Assembly: GCA_035273325.1 (NCBI GenBank)
Contig: DATEPF010000236.1
Span: 254 to 64,253, forward strand
Length of the DNA stretch: 64,000 nucleotides
Direction: 5' to 3'
Origin: Pyrinomonadaceae bacterium
GTDB lineage: Bacteria; Acidobacteriota; Blastocatellia; Pyrinomonadales; Pyrinomonadaceae
Positions 37,147-48,229 of the stretch are shown here, one piece after another. The stretch's first letter is position 1, and the number at the start of each line of letters is the position of its first letter. Both the position numbers and the translations under genes were made by a program. The notes beneath the pieces were generated by a model. The model had not been told where the DNA came from. It did no database searches and saw only the letters and a program-made list of their open reading frames with translations.

Positions 37147-38415
37147 ATGAAGATTGCGGTCTGGTACAACTTACCGAGCGGGGGCGCGAAGCGCGCACTG
37201 TACAACCACGTGCGCGGACTCACCGCGCGCGGCCACACGGTCGAGGCGTGGTGCCCGCCGACAGCGGATCGAAGTTACCTGCCGCTAAGCGACCTCGTGC
37301 GCGAGCACGTAGTCCCCGCGACAGCGCGGCGGGCCGCTTCGCCCTACTCGCCTTCGAATCTCCTGCGCCTGCGCACCGTCAACATGCTCTGGCTCGAACA
37401 GAATGAGGACTACGCACGCGTGTGCGCCGAGGAGATCAACCGCCGCGACTTCGACCTGCTCTTCGCCAATACCTCGCTTGAGATCGCCGTCAGTTCAATC
37501 GGACGCCATGTGCATGCTCCCAGCGTGCTCTACCTCCAGGAGCCATCACGCTGGCTCTACGAGGCGCAACCGGAGTTGGCATGGGCGGCGCCGCCCCCCA
37601 ACGGCAGGGCGTTTTGGACGCCGCGCGGAATTAAAAACTTCCTGCACGACACGGTGCGCGTGCACGGCTTCCGGGTGCAGGCGCGAGAGGAATGGCTGAA
37701 CGCGCGGGGCTTCGATACCATGCTCGTTAACTCTCTCTTCAGCCGCGAGAGCGTCCTGCGCACTTACGGTGTGGACGCAAAGGTCTGCTACCTCGGCGTT
37801 GACAACAGCAAGTTCGTCAACCTCCACCTGCCGCGTGAGAATTTTGTCGTGGGCATCGGGGCCATCACGCCGCGCAAGAACGTGCGGCTGGTGATCGAGT
37901 CGCTGGCGCTCGTCGGCGAGCCCCAGCGCCCGCGCCTCGTGTGGATCGGTGACGTTTCCAGGCCGGAACATCTTGAGGAACTGAAGGAACTGGCGCGTGC
38001 GCTCAGGGTCGATTTCGTCGCGGAGGTCGGGATCACGGACGACGCACTGATCGATTACCTGAACCGCGCCGCGTTGATGGTCTACACGCCGCGGCTTGAG
38101 CCTTTCGGTTACGCGCCGTTGGAGGCGAACGCCTGTGGGCTGGCGGTTGTCGGCGTGGCCGAGGGCGGGCTGAAGGAGACGGTGGTGGACGGCGTGAACG
38201 GCCTGCTTGTCGAGCACGACGACCCTCACCAAATCGCCGCTGCGGTCGAACACCTTTTGCGGAACCGCGACATCGCGGCGCGACTCGGCGAAAACGGCGA
38301 GCGGCTGGTGGCCGAGCGCTGGACGGTCGGCGCGGCGGCAGAGCGCCTCGAAGGTCGCTTGATGGAAACGCTCCAGGAGGTTAGGGCCCGGCGGGGTAGC
38401 ACAAAGGAAGTCTAG
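37147..38415 (+). CDS. GT4-family (GT-B, Glycos_transf_1) glycosyltransferase on a GC-rich island
   Basis: 'MKIAVWYNLPSGGAKRALYNHVRGL' and 'YTPRLEPFGYAPLEANACGLAVVGVAEGGLKETVVDGVNGLLVE' (EX7E). The 46 codons upstream of 37147 in the ORF track look non-coding. Confidence 0.8.
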   Translation: MKIAVWYNLPSGGAKRALYNHVRGLTARGHTVEAWCPPTADRSYLPLSDLVREHVVPATARRAASPYSPSNLLRLRTVNMLWLEQNEDYARVCAEEINRRDFDLLFANTSLEIAVSSIGRHVHAPSVLYLQEPSRWLYEAQPELAWAAPPPNGRAFWTPRGIKNFLHDTVRVHGFRVQAREEWLNARGFDTMLVNSLFSRESVLRTYGVDAKVCYLGVDNSKFVNLHLPRENFVVGIGAITPRKNVRLVIESLALVGEPQRPRLVWIGDVSRPEHLEELKELARALRVDFVAEVGITDDALIDYLNRAALMVYTPRLEPFGYAPLEANACGLAVVGVAEGGLKETVVDGVNGLLVEHDDPHQIAAAVEHLLRNRDIAARLGENGERLVAERWTVGAAAERLEGRLMETLQEVRARRGSTKEV

Positions 38416-38513
38416 AGGCGAAGGGGTGCGGTCGAACGGCCGCTGTTCGAGGGGTGAGCGGCGGCTTGAATTCTTAACGGCCTAGGCTCTGCGGTAGTGT
38501 TGGGGAAGTCGAA

Positions 38514-39467
38514 GTGGCGGTCAAATTATCTTTTGTCATCGCAAACTGGAACGGCGGCGATCTGCTAAAGCGGTGTCTCGCGAGTATCGAAAATTATCCG
38601 CCGGCTATTCCCTGGGAGATCATCGTCGTGGACAATGCTTCGACCGATGGCAGCTGCGAATGGCTTCGATCGTTAGCGGAAAACAAATCGCCCAAAGGAA
38701 TTCCGCTCCGCTTGATTGAGAATGACGAGAATGTCGGATTCGGGAAAGCTAATAATCAGGCTTTTGCGGCGAGTAAAAGTGACTTCCTGTTTCTGCTCAA
38801 CGCCGATGCGGAACTCACTGCCGGCGCGTGCGACACACTGATTGAGACGCTTTCGTCCAGCGATCAAATTGGAGCTTGCGGTCCGCGGTTATTGAATTCT
38901 GACGGTTCTTTGCAACCCAGTGTCTGGCGGAATCCGCCCACCGCGCGGGAAATTATTGTTGGCAGCCTGGGCTTATGGAAGCTAATCCCGCGGCGTTTGC
39001 GCGGGGAACTTTTGCTCGGTGGTCATTGGGATCATGCCGCGCGCCGGGTGGTCCCACTGCTGTTTGGCGCGGCTATCCTGGCCAGGCGAAAAATGATCGA
39101 CGAGGTCGGTGGCTTTGACGAACGATTTCACATGTACAGCGAAGACCGGGAATGGTGTTTTAGGATTGTGCGTGCCGGGTGGCAACTGGTGTTCGATCCA
39201 GCGGCCTCGGTCGTGCATCACGGGGCCCAATTTTCGTTACAGCGCTGGACCAGCATGGAGAAACTGCGGGTGCAAATTCAATCGAACTTTCAATATAATC
39301 GATACTGCCTGTCGCGGGGACAAAGCATCGCTTGCCTGCGGGCCACCTGTTTCGTCTCATTTATCCAAAAGACCTGGTACAAACTTCGGGGCCGCCCGGC
39401 TGAAGCCACGCAAATTATTTGGGAGCTGAATAGGGCCGAATTAAAGCGGACTCTTGCCGGCAATTAA
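38514..39467 (+). CDS. Family 2 glycosyltransferase (GTG start)
   Basis: 'LSFVIANWNGGDLLKRCLASI..EIIVVDNASTDGS', 'NVGFGKANN', 'MYSEDREWCFR'. Confidence 0.8.
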   Translation: MAVKLSFVIANWNGGDLLKRCLASIENYPPAIPWEIIVVDNASTDGSCEWLRSLAENKSPKGIPLRLIENDENVGFGKANNQAFAASKSDFLFLLNADAELTAGACDTLIETLSSSDQIGACGPRLLNSDGSLQPSVWRNPPTAREIIVGSLGLWKLIPRRLRGELLLGGHWDHAARRVVPLLFGAAILARRKMIDEVGGFDERFHMYSEDREWCFRIVRAGWQLVFDPAASVVHHGAQFSLQRWTSMEKLRVQIQSNFQYNRYCLSRGQSIACLRATCFVSFIQKTWYKLRGRPAEATQIIWELNRAELKRTLAGN

Positions 39468-39547
39468 GCGCCGTTGGTACCAATTTATTAATCAGGTGTG
39501 CTTATAATGGCGGCTGACTTTGAAGGCTTGCGCGGTTCGATGATGTG

Positions 39548-40579
<1,032 letters not shown>

Positions 40580-40614
40580 CGAAAATCAAAGATTAAAGTT
40601 TAGGACTGAAGTAC

Positions 40615-41574
40615 GTGACGTTTCCTTATCGAAGGGTGGTAGTGACGGGCGGGGCAGGTTTTCTCGGCCGCTTCATCGTTAGCAAGTTGCGAAACTACGG
40701 TGACGTAGAGGTCAGCGTGCCGCGCAGCAGTGAATACAATCTGACCGAGACAGCGGACGTCACGCGGTTGCTTTCGCAAACGCAACCCGACCTGGTAATC
40801 CACCTGGCCGCGGTGGTGGGCGGAATCGGCGCCAACCAGAAAAATCCCGGAAAGTTCTTTTACGAGAACTTGATGATGGGAACCCAGCTCATCGAACAGT
40901 CGCGTCTGCACGGCGTGAAGAAGTTCGTGGCCCTGGGCACCGTTTGCGCTTATCCAAAATTCACACCCACACCTTTCCGTGAAGACGATCTTTGGAATGG
41001 CTACCCCGAAGAGACCAACGCTCCTTACGGGTTAGCCAAAAAAATGATGCTCGTGCAAGCACAAAGTTATCGTCAACAGTACGGCTTCAACACGATCTTC
41101 CTTTTGCCGGCAAACCTATACGGGCCCGGCGATAACTTCGACCTGGAAAACTCACACGTCATTCCAGCGCTGATCCGCAAGTGCATTGAGGCCCGGGATC
41201 AGGGCCTGCCTTTCATCGAAGCGTGGGGCACCGGAAATGCTTCGCGCGAGTTTCTTTACGTCGACGACTGTGCTCGGGGAATCCTGCTGGCTGCCGCAAC
41301 CTACGATGAAAGCGAACCGGTGAATATCGGAACTGGAAACGAGATCAAAATTTCTGAACTGGTTGAAACGATCGCCCGCCTCTGTCGCTATGAGGGCGAA
41401 ATCCGTTGGCGCCATGATAAACCGGATGGTCAGCCCCGCCGTCGCCTTGACGTCTCTCGCGCATTTGAAAAGTTCGGATTCCAGGCGACGGCCTCCCTGG
41501 AAGAGGGCTTGCAACAGACAATCGATTGGTACGAAAAGAATGCTTTGGCCTCAACTGCGGCGGCTGAAGGATAG
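40615..41574 (+). CDS. fcl: GDP-L-fucose synthase (GDP-4-keto-6-deoxymannose 3,5-epimerase/4-reductase)
   Basis: '[15 protein letters not shown]', '[11 protein letters not shown]', '[23 protein letters not shown]'. It directly follows gmd. Confidence 0.85.
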   Translation: MTFPYRRVVVTGGAGFLGRFIVSKLRNYGDVEVSVPRSSEYNLTETADVTRLLSQTQPDLVIHLAAVVGGIGANQKNPGKFFYENLMMGTQLIEQSRLHGVKKFVALGTVCAYPKFTPTPFREDDLWNGYPEETNAPYGLAKKMMLVQAQSYRQQYGFNTIFLLPANLYGPGDNFDLENSHVIPALIRKCIEARDQGLPFIEAWGTGNASREFLYVDDCARGILLAAATYDESEPVNIGTGNEIKISELVETIARLCRYEGEIRWRHDKPDGQPRRRLDVSRAFEKFGFQATASLEEGLQQTIDWYEKNALASTAAAEG

Positions 41575-41598
41575 AAATAGTATTTCCTGAAATATCGT

Positions 41599-42480
41599 AT
41601 GCCGCCAAAACTCAGTATCATCACTCCCTCATTCAACCAGGCTCAATATCTCGAACAAACGATTCGTTCTGTTCTCGATCAAAACTACGAGCCTCTCGAG
41701 TACATCATCATCGATGGCGGAAGCACCGATGGAAGTGTGGACATAATAAAGAAGTACGAGGATCGTTTGGCTGGTTGGGTGAGCGAACCGGATCGGGGAC
41801 AATCGCATGCGATCAACAAGGGATTGCAACGAGCGACCGGCGACATCGTCGCCTTTCTAAATTCGGACGACTTGTACTTGCCCGGTGCTTTTGCGGCCGT
41901 CGAGCGTTACTTTCGCGAACATCCGGGAGTCGAATGGATTTGTGGCGACACGCTGATGTTTGGTGACGGAAAGGAAGATGAGGTCATTAACGCCCAGGTG
42001 CCAAAAACGGCGGCTGACTGTTTATGCTGGGCCTATCTCGCACCGCAGCCGGGCATGTTCTGGAAACGCGAGCTTTTGCGAGATGGTTTCGCGGAACGTT
42101 GGCGTTATTGTTTCGACCACGAGCTGTATGTGCGCTTGCTGCTGGAAGGTCGGCGTTGCGAGCATCTTGACTTCACGCTTGCTGCTTACCGCCTGCACGC
42201 TGCGAGTAAAACCGTGGCCGAAGCCGCGCTGTTTGATCGCGAGTTTGATGAAATCGTGGACATCTACGAGAAACAACTCCGCAATCCAGGGCGGCGCTGG
42301 TGCGCGGCGACCAGACATATGCGGGGCTCTTTTGCGGCCAGCAACTCAGGAAATCGTGGCGCTGCCCTCGGCAGTTTGTTGCGCGCCGCACTTATTCATC
42401 CTGAGGGCCTGTTCCATCGGCCGTTCTGGGGCTGCCTGCACCGAATCGTCTCGCCGCATTCCTCGAAGACAGCGAGCTAA
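41599..42480 (+). CDS. Family 2 glycosyltransferase
   Basis: 'KLSIITPSFNQAQYLEQTIRSVLDQNYEPLEYIIIDGGSTDGS' and 'LNSDDLYLPGA'. Confidence 0.8.
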   Translation: MPPKLSIITPSFNQAQYLEQTIRSVLDQNYEPLEYIIIDGGSTDGSVDIIKKYEDRLAGWVSEPDRGQSHAINKGLQRATGDIVAFLNSDDLYLPGAFAAVERYFREHPGVEWICGDTLMFGDGKEDEVINAQVPKTAADCLCWAYLAPQPGMFWKRELLRDGFAERWRYCFDHELYVRLLLEGRRCEHLDFTLAAYRLHAASKTVAEAALFDREFDEIVDIYEKQLRNPGRRWCAATRHMRGSFAASNSGNRGAALGSLLRAALIHPEGLFHRPFWGCLHRIVSPHSSKTAS

Positions 42481-42587
42481 CGGATCTTTCAACTGACCTG
42501 ACGCAGAACCATATGTGTGAAAGTTCTGATGGATTACAACTCAAAGCAGAACGCTTTGAGAGCTAAAGCTGGCAGCGGCTAACATAC

Positions 42588-42617
42588 TTGACGCTTTATC
42601 ACGCGTATCGCTAGACT
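42588..42617 (+). promoter_or_regulatory. Sigma70-like promoter TTGACG-N18-TAGACT upstream of wzm-2
   Basis: TTGACG at 42588-42593, an 18-nt spacer, TAGACT at 42612-42617. Confidence 0.4.
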
Positions 42618-42637
42618 GAAGCCCTCCGGTTTCTTCT

Positions 42638-43597
42638 GTGCAAGTATCGAAGCTAAGTTCGAAGGTCGAAACATCTTTTGAAAACCGGATCGCCCAGAGT
42701 ACCGACCAGAGCACCCATACCATCAAAACCACCTCAGACAATCAGGCTTCAAACAGCTTTGCCGATACCTTGCCCGAACAGCCGCTGGTCAAAATCGCGC
42801 CGGGCAAGTCAGGCAGTGCGCTTCGCGTCCGGGATTTGTGGGCCTACCGGGAACTTCTTTTTTTCCTGACCTGGCGCGACGTCAAAGTTCGGTACAAACA
42901 AACCAGCCTCGGAGCCGCGTGGGCAATTCTTCAGCCGCTGCTGACCATGCTGACCTTCACGCTGCTGTTTGGGAAGCTGGCTGGAATTCAGTCAGGCGAC
43001 ATTCCCTATCCGTTGTTTTCTTACGCCGGGTTACTTATCTGGACTTTCTTTGCAAATGCGATCACCAACAGTGGCAATAGCCTGGTTAGTAGCGCAAACC
43101 TGATCACGAAGGTCTATTTTCCGCGATTAATTATTCCCGCGGCGGCGGTAATTGCGGGTCTCGTGGATCTGGCGATTGCACTGATAGTGCTGGTTCCGCT
43201 CATGATTTATTACCGGGTAAGCGTCGGCTTCGGCCTGGTAATGATTCCCTTGCTGGTGGTGATTTGCTCATTACTGGCGCTTGGCATCGGCATGTGGTTG
43301 TCCGCGCTGAACGTAAAATATCGCGACATTCGTTACGCCATACCTTTCCTGATTCAGCTTTGGATGTTTGCGTCGCCGGTTATTTATCCCGCGAGCTTAT
43401 TGCCAGAGAAGTGGCGCTGGATCCTGTTATTGAATCCACTTACCGGCATTATCGTTAATTTTCGGATTGCTCTGTTCGGCGGTCAGAGTTTTGAATGGAA
43501 CTCGCTCGGAGTTTCAGCGGTGGTGACGATCTTCATTCTGTTTTATTCTGCGTATTCGTTCCGGCGCATGGAAAGACATTTTGCCGATATCGTCTAG
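42638..43597 (+). CDS. wzm: ABC-2 type polysaccharide export permease (copy 2; GTG start uncertain)
   Basis: 'VRDLWAYRELLFFLTWRDVKVRYKQTSLGAAWAILQP' and 'LNVKYRDIR'. It aligns with copy 1 along its whole TM core. An in-frame TTG further downstream ('TLPEQP') is an alternative start. Confidence 0.8.
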   Translation: MQVSKLSSKVETSFENRIAQSTDQSTHTIKTTSDNQASNSFADTLPEQPLVKIAPGKSGSALRVRDLWAYRELLFFLTWRDVKVRYKQTSLGAAWAILQPLLTMLTFTLLFGKLAGIQSGDIPYPLFSYAGLLIWTFFANAITNSGNSLVSSANLITKVYFPRLIIPAAAVIAGLVDLAIALIVLVPLMIYYRVSVGFGLVMIPLLVVICSLLALGIGMWLSALNVKYRDIRYAIPFLIQLWMFASPVIYPASLLPEKWRWILLLNPLTGIIVNFRIALFGGQSFEWNSLGVSAVVTIFILFYSAYSFRRMERHFADIV

Positions 43598-43607
43598 GGG
43601 TTTTCAA

Positions 43608-44891
43608 TTGCGACCAATCATCAAAGTCGAGAATCTGAGCAAGCAATACCGCCTCGGCACGCGCGATTCAGCCTATACCACGCTGCGCGAAACTCTGGTT
43701 GCGAGAGCCCGCGCGCCATTCAGCCGTCGCAACGGCCATTCCGAGCAGACCATCTGGGCGCTTCGCGACGTTTCCTTTGAAGTTAAACCCGGCGAAGTTG
43801 TCGGGATCATCGGCCGCAACGGCGCCGGCAAGTCGACCCTGCTCAAAATTCTTTCGCGTATTACCGAGCCCACCGCAGGTTGCATCGATCTCTACGGTCG
43901 GGTCGGCAGTCTATTGGAAGTGGGCACTGGTTTCCATCCGGAGCTGTCCGGGCGCGAGAACATCTTCCTGAATGGGTCGATTCTGGGAATGAGCCACCAG
44001 GAAATTCAAAGCCGGTTCGATGAGATTGTCGCGTTCGCCGAAGTCGAGCAGTTTCTCGATACGCCCGTCAAGCGCTACAGCAGCGGGATGTACGTGCGAC
44101 TGGCTTTCGCGGTGGCGGCTCATTTGCAGCCGGAGATCCTGGTGGTGGACGAGGTGCTGGCGGTTGGTGACGCGCAATTCCAAAGGAAATGTCTCGGCAA
44201 GATGGGGCAGGTTGCGCGCGAGGGTCGCACGGTGCTTTTTGTAAGTCATAACATGACGGCGATTCAGAGTCTTTGCCGCCGGGCGGTTTGGCTGGATGAC
44301 GGACGAGTTTGTGCGGATGCAGATGCGGGTCAGGTAGTAGCCGATTATCTTCAGCGTTCTTTCTCGGCGTTGGGCCAACAGAACTGGGATGAAATTGAAA
44401 GCGCTCCGGGCAACGACAAGGTGCGAATACGCAGCGCGCGCGTGCGGGTGGAAGAGGGAGCGCCGGATGGTCGAATTACAGTTCACACACCACTCAACCT
44501 CGAGTTTGAGTACTGGAACCTGGTGCCTGACACTTGTTTGAACCTAAGCCTGGTCCTGCACAACGAAGAAGGCGTGCTGGTGCTGAACACCGGGCCAGTC
44601 AAAGAGCCGGTCTGGCATGGCCGGCCCTTCCCGGCCGGTCTATTTCGCAGCGTCTGCCGTATCCCCGGGGATCTTCTAAATGACTCTCCGTACCGGGTAA
44701 CGCTCTATGTGATCAAGGACCAGAGTACGGCGGTGTTTGTTTACCCGGATATTCTTATGTTCGAGGTGTGCGACACGGCTGAACGCGCGGGGTGGTACGG
44801 AAAATGGCCCGGCGTGGTCCGTCCCGATTTTGAGTGGACGACTGAGCAGGCGGCGACCTCGGAATCACAACACCTAAGTAACGGCCGTTAA
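43608..44891 (+). CDS. wzt: ABC polysaccharide export ATPase with a divergent C-terminal (Wzt_C-like) extension (copy 2)
   Basis: TTG 43608 is preceded by AGGGG at 7 nt; the ORF-track TTG 43581 is the alternative. 'GRNGAGKSTLL', 'YSSGMYVRLAF', 'ILVVDEVLAVGD'. The C-terminal 170 aa or so are alignable with copy 1 in layout only. Confidence 0.8.
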   Translation: MRPIIKVENLSKQYRLGTRDSAYTTLRETLVARARAPFSRRNGHSEQTIWALRDVSFEVKPGEVVGIIGRNGAGKSTLLKILSRITEPTAGCIDLYGRVGSLLEVGTGFHPELSGRENIFLNGSILGMSHQEIQSRFDEIVAFAEVEQFLDTPVKRYSSGMYVRLAFAVAAHLQPEILVVDEVLAVGDAQFQRKCLGKMGQVAREGRTVLFVSHNMTAIQSLCRRAVWLDDGRVCADADAGQVVADYLQRSFSALGQQNWDEIESAPGNDKVRIRSARVRVEEGAPDGRITVHTPLNLEFEYWNLVPDTCLNLSLVLHNEEGVLVLNTGPVKEPVWHGRPFPAGLFRSVCRIPGDLLNDSPYRVTLYVIKDQSTAVFVYPDILMFEVCDTAERAGWYGKWPGVVRPDFEWTTEQAATSESQHLSNGR

Positions 44892-44908
44892 TCGAACCGA
44901 AAAGTGAG

Positions 44909-45676
44909 ATGAGTACGCTGGCAAGGCTAAGCACAAGTGCGCGATATCGAATTCGAACCCTGGGCCGGAGAGTAGGGACGCCGGCATTGAGTTCGTTCTC
45001 CGAAGGAGTGCGCGAGGCGCTTTCAAATGTCGCGAGTGAACTCAGGATTTCGCGGATCGTTAGAAAATCTCAAAGCCAATTCCGGCAGTGGCAAGGCCAG
45101 CACAACCTCAAGCTGAACCTCGGTTGTGGCGGCGACCTGAAACCGGGCTGGCTCAATGTAGATCTTTGGTTGGATTCGGCGGATCCCAGGCCTGAAGGGT
45201 CTGAGGCCATCTTTATTAATTACGATTTGCGTCGTGAAATTCCGCTGGACGCCGGCTCGTGCGAGATAATTTATTCGTCTCACTTCTTTGAGCACCTGGA
45301 CTACAAAGTCGGGCTCCGCCAGTTGCGTGAATGTTACCGGCTGCTCAAACCCAAAGGGACCTTCCGAATTTCGCTGCCGGATTTTAAAGGCGCTTGCCGG
45401 GCCTATCTCAACAATGACGCTGAGTATTTCAGTTTGGTCGACACCGATGTCTTTCTTCCGGAAGTCGAGCCGGGAACTCTGACGCTGATTGATTATATTA
45501 ATTTTGCTGCTTACCACTCAGGCGAGCACAAACGCATGTACGACGAAGAAAAAGTAATCTTATTGCTGCAGAAAATCGGATTTAGCTCGGTGACGGTATC
45601 TTCATACGAAAGTACGATAGATCCGCCATCACCGCTGCGCACCGACTATTCTTTTTACGTGCAGGCTACAAAATGA
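44909..45676 (+). CDS. Class I SAM-dependent methyltransferase
   Basis: 'LKLNLGCGGDLKPGWLNVDL' and 'IIYSSHFFEHLDYKVGLRQLRECYRLLKPKGTFRISLPD'. Confidence 0.75.
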   Translation: MSTLARLSTSARYRIRTLGRRVGTPALSSFSEGVREALSNVASELRISRIVRKSQSQFRQWQGQHNLKLNLGCGGDLKPGWLNVDLWLDSADPRPEGSEAIFINYDLRREIPLDAGSCEIIYSSHFFEHLDYKVGLRQLRECYRLLKPKGTFRISLPDFKGACRAYLNNDAEYFSLVDTDVFLPEVEPGTLTLIDYINFAAYHSGEHKRMYDEEKVILLLQKIGFSSVTVSSYESTIDPPSPLRTDYSFYVQATK

Positions 45677-45696
45677 TCGTTGCGGCCGGGCACGAA

Positions 45697-46656
45697 TCAA
45701 TTTCCATTGCTACCCTTTTTTAGAATCGCCCTGACGTAATTCCGCGAAGCCGCGGCGAAACGCCGGGGGCGCAATACCTCCATCGGCGCCGTTCTGATCA
45801 CCTGACCCATGAGTCGCCGGGCGTTCGCAGTATCCGCCGATCGAACCGCCTCGTGATACTGATCAAGATAAGCGCGCGCCGCAACCGAGAATACCTGGGC
45901 CACATGGTCCCGGCCTTCGCGAAAAGCCAGCCGGCACTCAGGACATCGCGCAAAGAGATGGGGTTTTTGCGCCATTAGCGTTTCGCGCATTCGCCGCGCC
46001 AGCGAATCCTTATTGGCGCAAAACTGGTACGCGGTAACGCGGTACTCGGTGAGGTATTCATCAACCACAGTCATCGAGTACCTGCGAGTTATTCGGAACC
46101 AGTCCGACCAGTCACCACACGAGGTATTGCTGGGTGGGCCATCGTCGATGAGGGCGCGGCGCAGGATCAGGGCCGACGACGGACAGTATGGATTGGAACG
46201 TAACAAGTGATGCAACGCATCGTGTGAATTGTATTGTCGCATTTCGCCGGTAGCCGCCGGCGCACCGGTTGGGTCCAATGGGTTGCCGTGGTCATCGATG
46301 TTGCGATACTTCGTAAAAACAACTCCGGTTTCGGGAAAAGTTTTCACGGCTTCGCATTGCCGTTTGAGTTTCGCCGGAAGCCAGCGGTCGTCGTGATCCA
46401 ACACCGCAATCCAATCGCCTTGGGACTCGTTGATTGACTGCCATCTCGCGCCGATGCCGGCGGTGCCGTCGTTCTCGCGATAAAAATATCGCACGCGCTC
46501 GCCGAATGAACGGCAGACTTGCGCAGTGTCGTCAGTCGACCCATCATCCACCACCACGATCTCGTACGGCGGCAAGGTCTGCGCCAGCACGCTCTCGATT
46601 GCTTCGCGCAGATAGTCGGCCGCATTGTAAGCCGCGATGGCTACACTGATTTTCAT
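45697..46656 (-). CDS. Family 2 glycosyltransferase
   Basis: 'MKISVAIAAYNAADYLREAIESVLAQTLPPYEIVVVDDGSTDDT' and 'LDHDDRWLPAKL'. Confidence 0.85.
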   Translation of the reverse strand: MKISVAIAAYNAADYLREAIESVLAQTLPPYEIVVVDDGSTDDTAQVCRSFGERVRYFYRENDGTAGIGARWQSINESQGDWIAVLDHDDRWLPAKLKRQCEAVKTFPETGVVFTKYRNIDDHGNPLDPTGAPAATGEMRQYNSHDALHHLLRSNPYCPSSALILRRALIDDGPPSNTSCGDWSDWFRITRRYSMTVVDEYLTEYRVTAYQFCANKDSLARRMRETLMAQKPHLFARCPECRLAFREGRDHVAQVFSVAARAYLDQYHEAVRSADTANARRLMGQVIRTAPMEVLRPRRFAAASRNYVRAILKKGSNGN

Positions 46657-47346
46657 TTAACGAACCTTTACGCGATCATTCAGAGTCAGCCAATCGGGTG
46701 CCGGCACTTTTAACTCGATCGCTTCAGGAAAATCCAGATCGGGAGAGAATTCGCCGTCCGTAAAAGTAGCGCGCTCAACCTTAACCCGGCCGTCATTAAC
46801 CCTTAAACGGCCATCCTCGATCCATTTCATAACCTGCAAAAGCGAGCGGCACTGTTGCTCAAAAATCCGGTGTCGCGTAAACGCGATTGGTCTGGTCTGA
46901 TCGACGCGGCACACTGTCTGTTGGATGATTTTGCCCTCGTCCATATTCTCGTCGATTAGATGAATGGTGCTGCCCACATAATGCACACCATAGGCAATGG
47001 CGTCGTCAAATCCATGCAGTCCTTTGAACGCCGGCAGCAAAGAGGGGTGCAGATTGATAATTCGATCCTGATATTCGTTGAGGATTTCACCCACGAACAG
47101 CTTGCTGTAGAACGAGATCGCATAATCGATTGTGTGTTGTTTCAAATAATCGAGCACCAGCCCTGAGAACTTTGCTTTGTCTGGTTCCGGGATTATTACG
47201 GTTTTGGCCCCGTGCGCCGTGGCTTTCGGGATGGCTGCGCATTCGCGATCCGACACCACGGAATGAATGCGGGTCTTGAAAAAGTCATTATAGAGAAGCT
47301 GGTTTACCACCGAGCCCCCGGTCGAAATCACGATTACAAATCTCAT
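46657..47346 (-). CDS. PurN-like formyltransferase (candidate sugar N-formyltransferase) with a C-terminal extension
   Basis: 'MRFVIVISTGGS', 'INLHPSLLPAFKGLHG', 'GSTIHLIDENMDEGKII'. The stop abuts the start of the downstream GT2 gene. ATG 47346 is preferred over TTG 47373. Confidence 0.7.
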   Translation of the reverse strand: MRFVIVISTGGSVVNQLLYNDFFKTRIHSVVSDRECAAIPKATAHGAKTVIIPEPDKAKFSGLVLDYLKQHTIDYAISFYSKLFVGEILNEYQDRIINLHPSLLPAFKGLHGFDDAIAYGVHYVGSTIHLIDENMDEGKIIQQTVCRVDQTRPIAFTRHRIFEQQCRSLLQVMKWIEDGRLRVNDGRVKVERATFTDGEFSPDLDFPEAIELKVPAPDWLTLNDRVKVR

Positions 47347-47360
47347 ATGCGTGCGATCGA

Positions 47361-47389
47361 AGTATAGCCACAACAGGGCGCTGTCCCAA
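47361..47389 (-). promoter_or_regulatory. Candidate minus-strand promoter TTGGGA-N17-TATACT for the formyltransferase-GT2 operon
   Basis: Plus-strand 'agtata' at 47361-47366 and 'tcccaa' at 47384-47389. It sits back-to-back, with a 1-nt gap between -35 boxes, with the plus-strand promoter at 47391. Confidence 0.3.
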
Positions 47390-47390
47390 C

Positions 47391-47419
47391 TTGCGAAAGC
47401 CGTGCGTTCTGATTAGAGT
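47391..47419 (+). promoter_or_regulatory. Sigma70-like promoter TTGCGA-N17-TAGAGT upstream of the WbqC-like gene
   Basis: TTGCGA at 47391-47396, a 17-nt spacer, TAGAGT at 47414-47419. Confidence 0.4.
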
Positions 47420-47468
47420 AACCTCAATTCACCTTCGCATGACCGTTGTCTCCGCCTGCCAAGCATAG

Positions 47469-48227
47469 ATGAAGCTCGGAATGAACCAGCCATACTTTTT
47501 CCCCTATCTTGGCTTCTACCAGTTGGTTTCGGCCGTTGACCGGTTCATCATTTACGACAACCTGAATTACATCCAGTACGGATGGATAAATCGCAATCGG
47601 TTCCTGGTGGTCCGTGGCGAGCCTACCTACTTCAACGCGGTCACCGAAAACAGCAGCCCTAACCGAAAGATTTGCGACATCAAGCTTTCCGCGAAGAGCA
47701 ATTGGCGGCGAAAGTTGCTGCATACTTTTTTCCTCAACTACAGGAAAAGTCCATTCTTCGACGAGACCTACGCCTTAATTGAGCCAATCATTCGCAACGA
47801 GACTGATTCCTTGTCCGAAATGGCCGCGCAATCCGTTGTCGAGGTATGCAGGCACCTGCGTGTAGAAACTGAAATTGTCGAGAATCCTATTTACCAGGAG
47901 CTGGAAAGTTTGCTCGCAAAAGAAAATCTTGCCGAGGCGTTCCCTGCCATTAGGCTGGCGCAACCTGAGCGCAAAGTGTACCGAGTGATCGCGGTCTGTC
48001 AGCTGATGCACGCTGATCGCTTTGTGAATGCCATCGGCGGCCAGGAGCTTTACGATAAAAACGAGTTCAAGGCCAACGGCATTGAACTCAGCTTTCTGCG
48101 TTCGCACGGCGAGCCCTATCAACAATCGACCACCGCCTATCATCCCGGGCTTTCGATCATCGACGTCTTGATGAATTGCGGCAGAGAAGGCACTATTGAG
48201 AAACTGAAAAACTACGAATTGATTTGA
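47469..48227 (+). CDS. WbqC-like family protein
   Basis: 'MKLGMNQPYFFPYLGFYQLVSAVDRFIIYDNLNYIQYGWINRNRF' is the characteristic WbqC-family N-terminus. Confidence 0.85.
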   Translation: MKLGMNQPYFFPYLGFYQLVSAVDRFIIYDNLNYIQYGWINRNRFLVVRGEPTYFNAVTENSSPNRKICDIKLSAKSNWRRKLLHTFFLNYRKSPFFDETYALIEPIIRNETDSLSEMAAQSVVEVCRHLRVETEIVENPIYQELESLLAKENLAEAFPAIRLAQPERKVYRVIAVCQLMHADRFVNAIGGQELYDKNEFKANGIELSFLRSHGEPYQQSTTAYHPGLSIIDVLMNCGREGTIEKLKNYELI

Positions 48228-48229
48228 GA

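Noticed and set aside
37011-38497. Short shared strings ('GGTAG', 'GCTCTGC') at both edges of the GC-rich island, as possible direct repeats or att-like sites.
   Set aside because: They are only 5-7 nt long, in different order on the two sides, and no recombinase is nearby. This is compatible with chance.
39475-39508. A perfect TATAAT at 39503-39508 upstream of gmd, as a possible internal promoter.
   Set aside because: There is no acceptable -35 at 16-18 nt; TTGGTA lies 22 nt away. It does not share the TAGA(G/C)T -10 seen at the other operon heads. I kept it only as a weak possibility.
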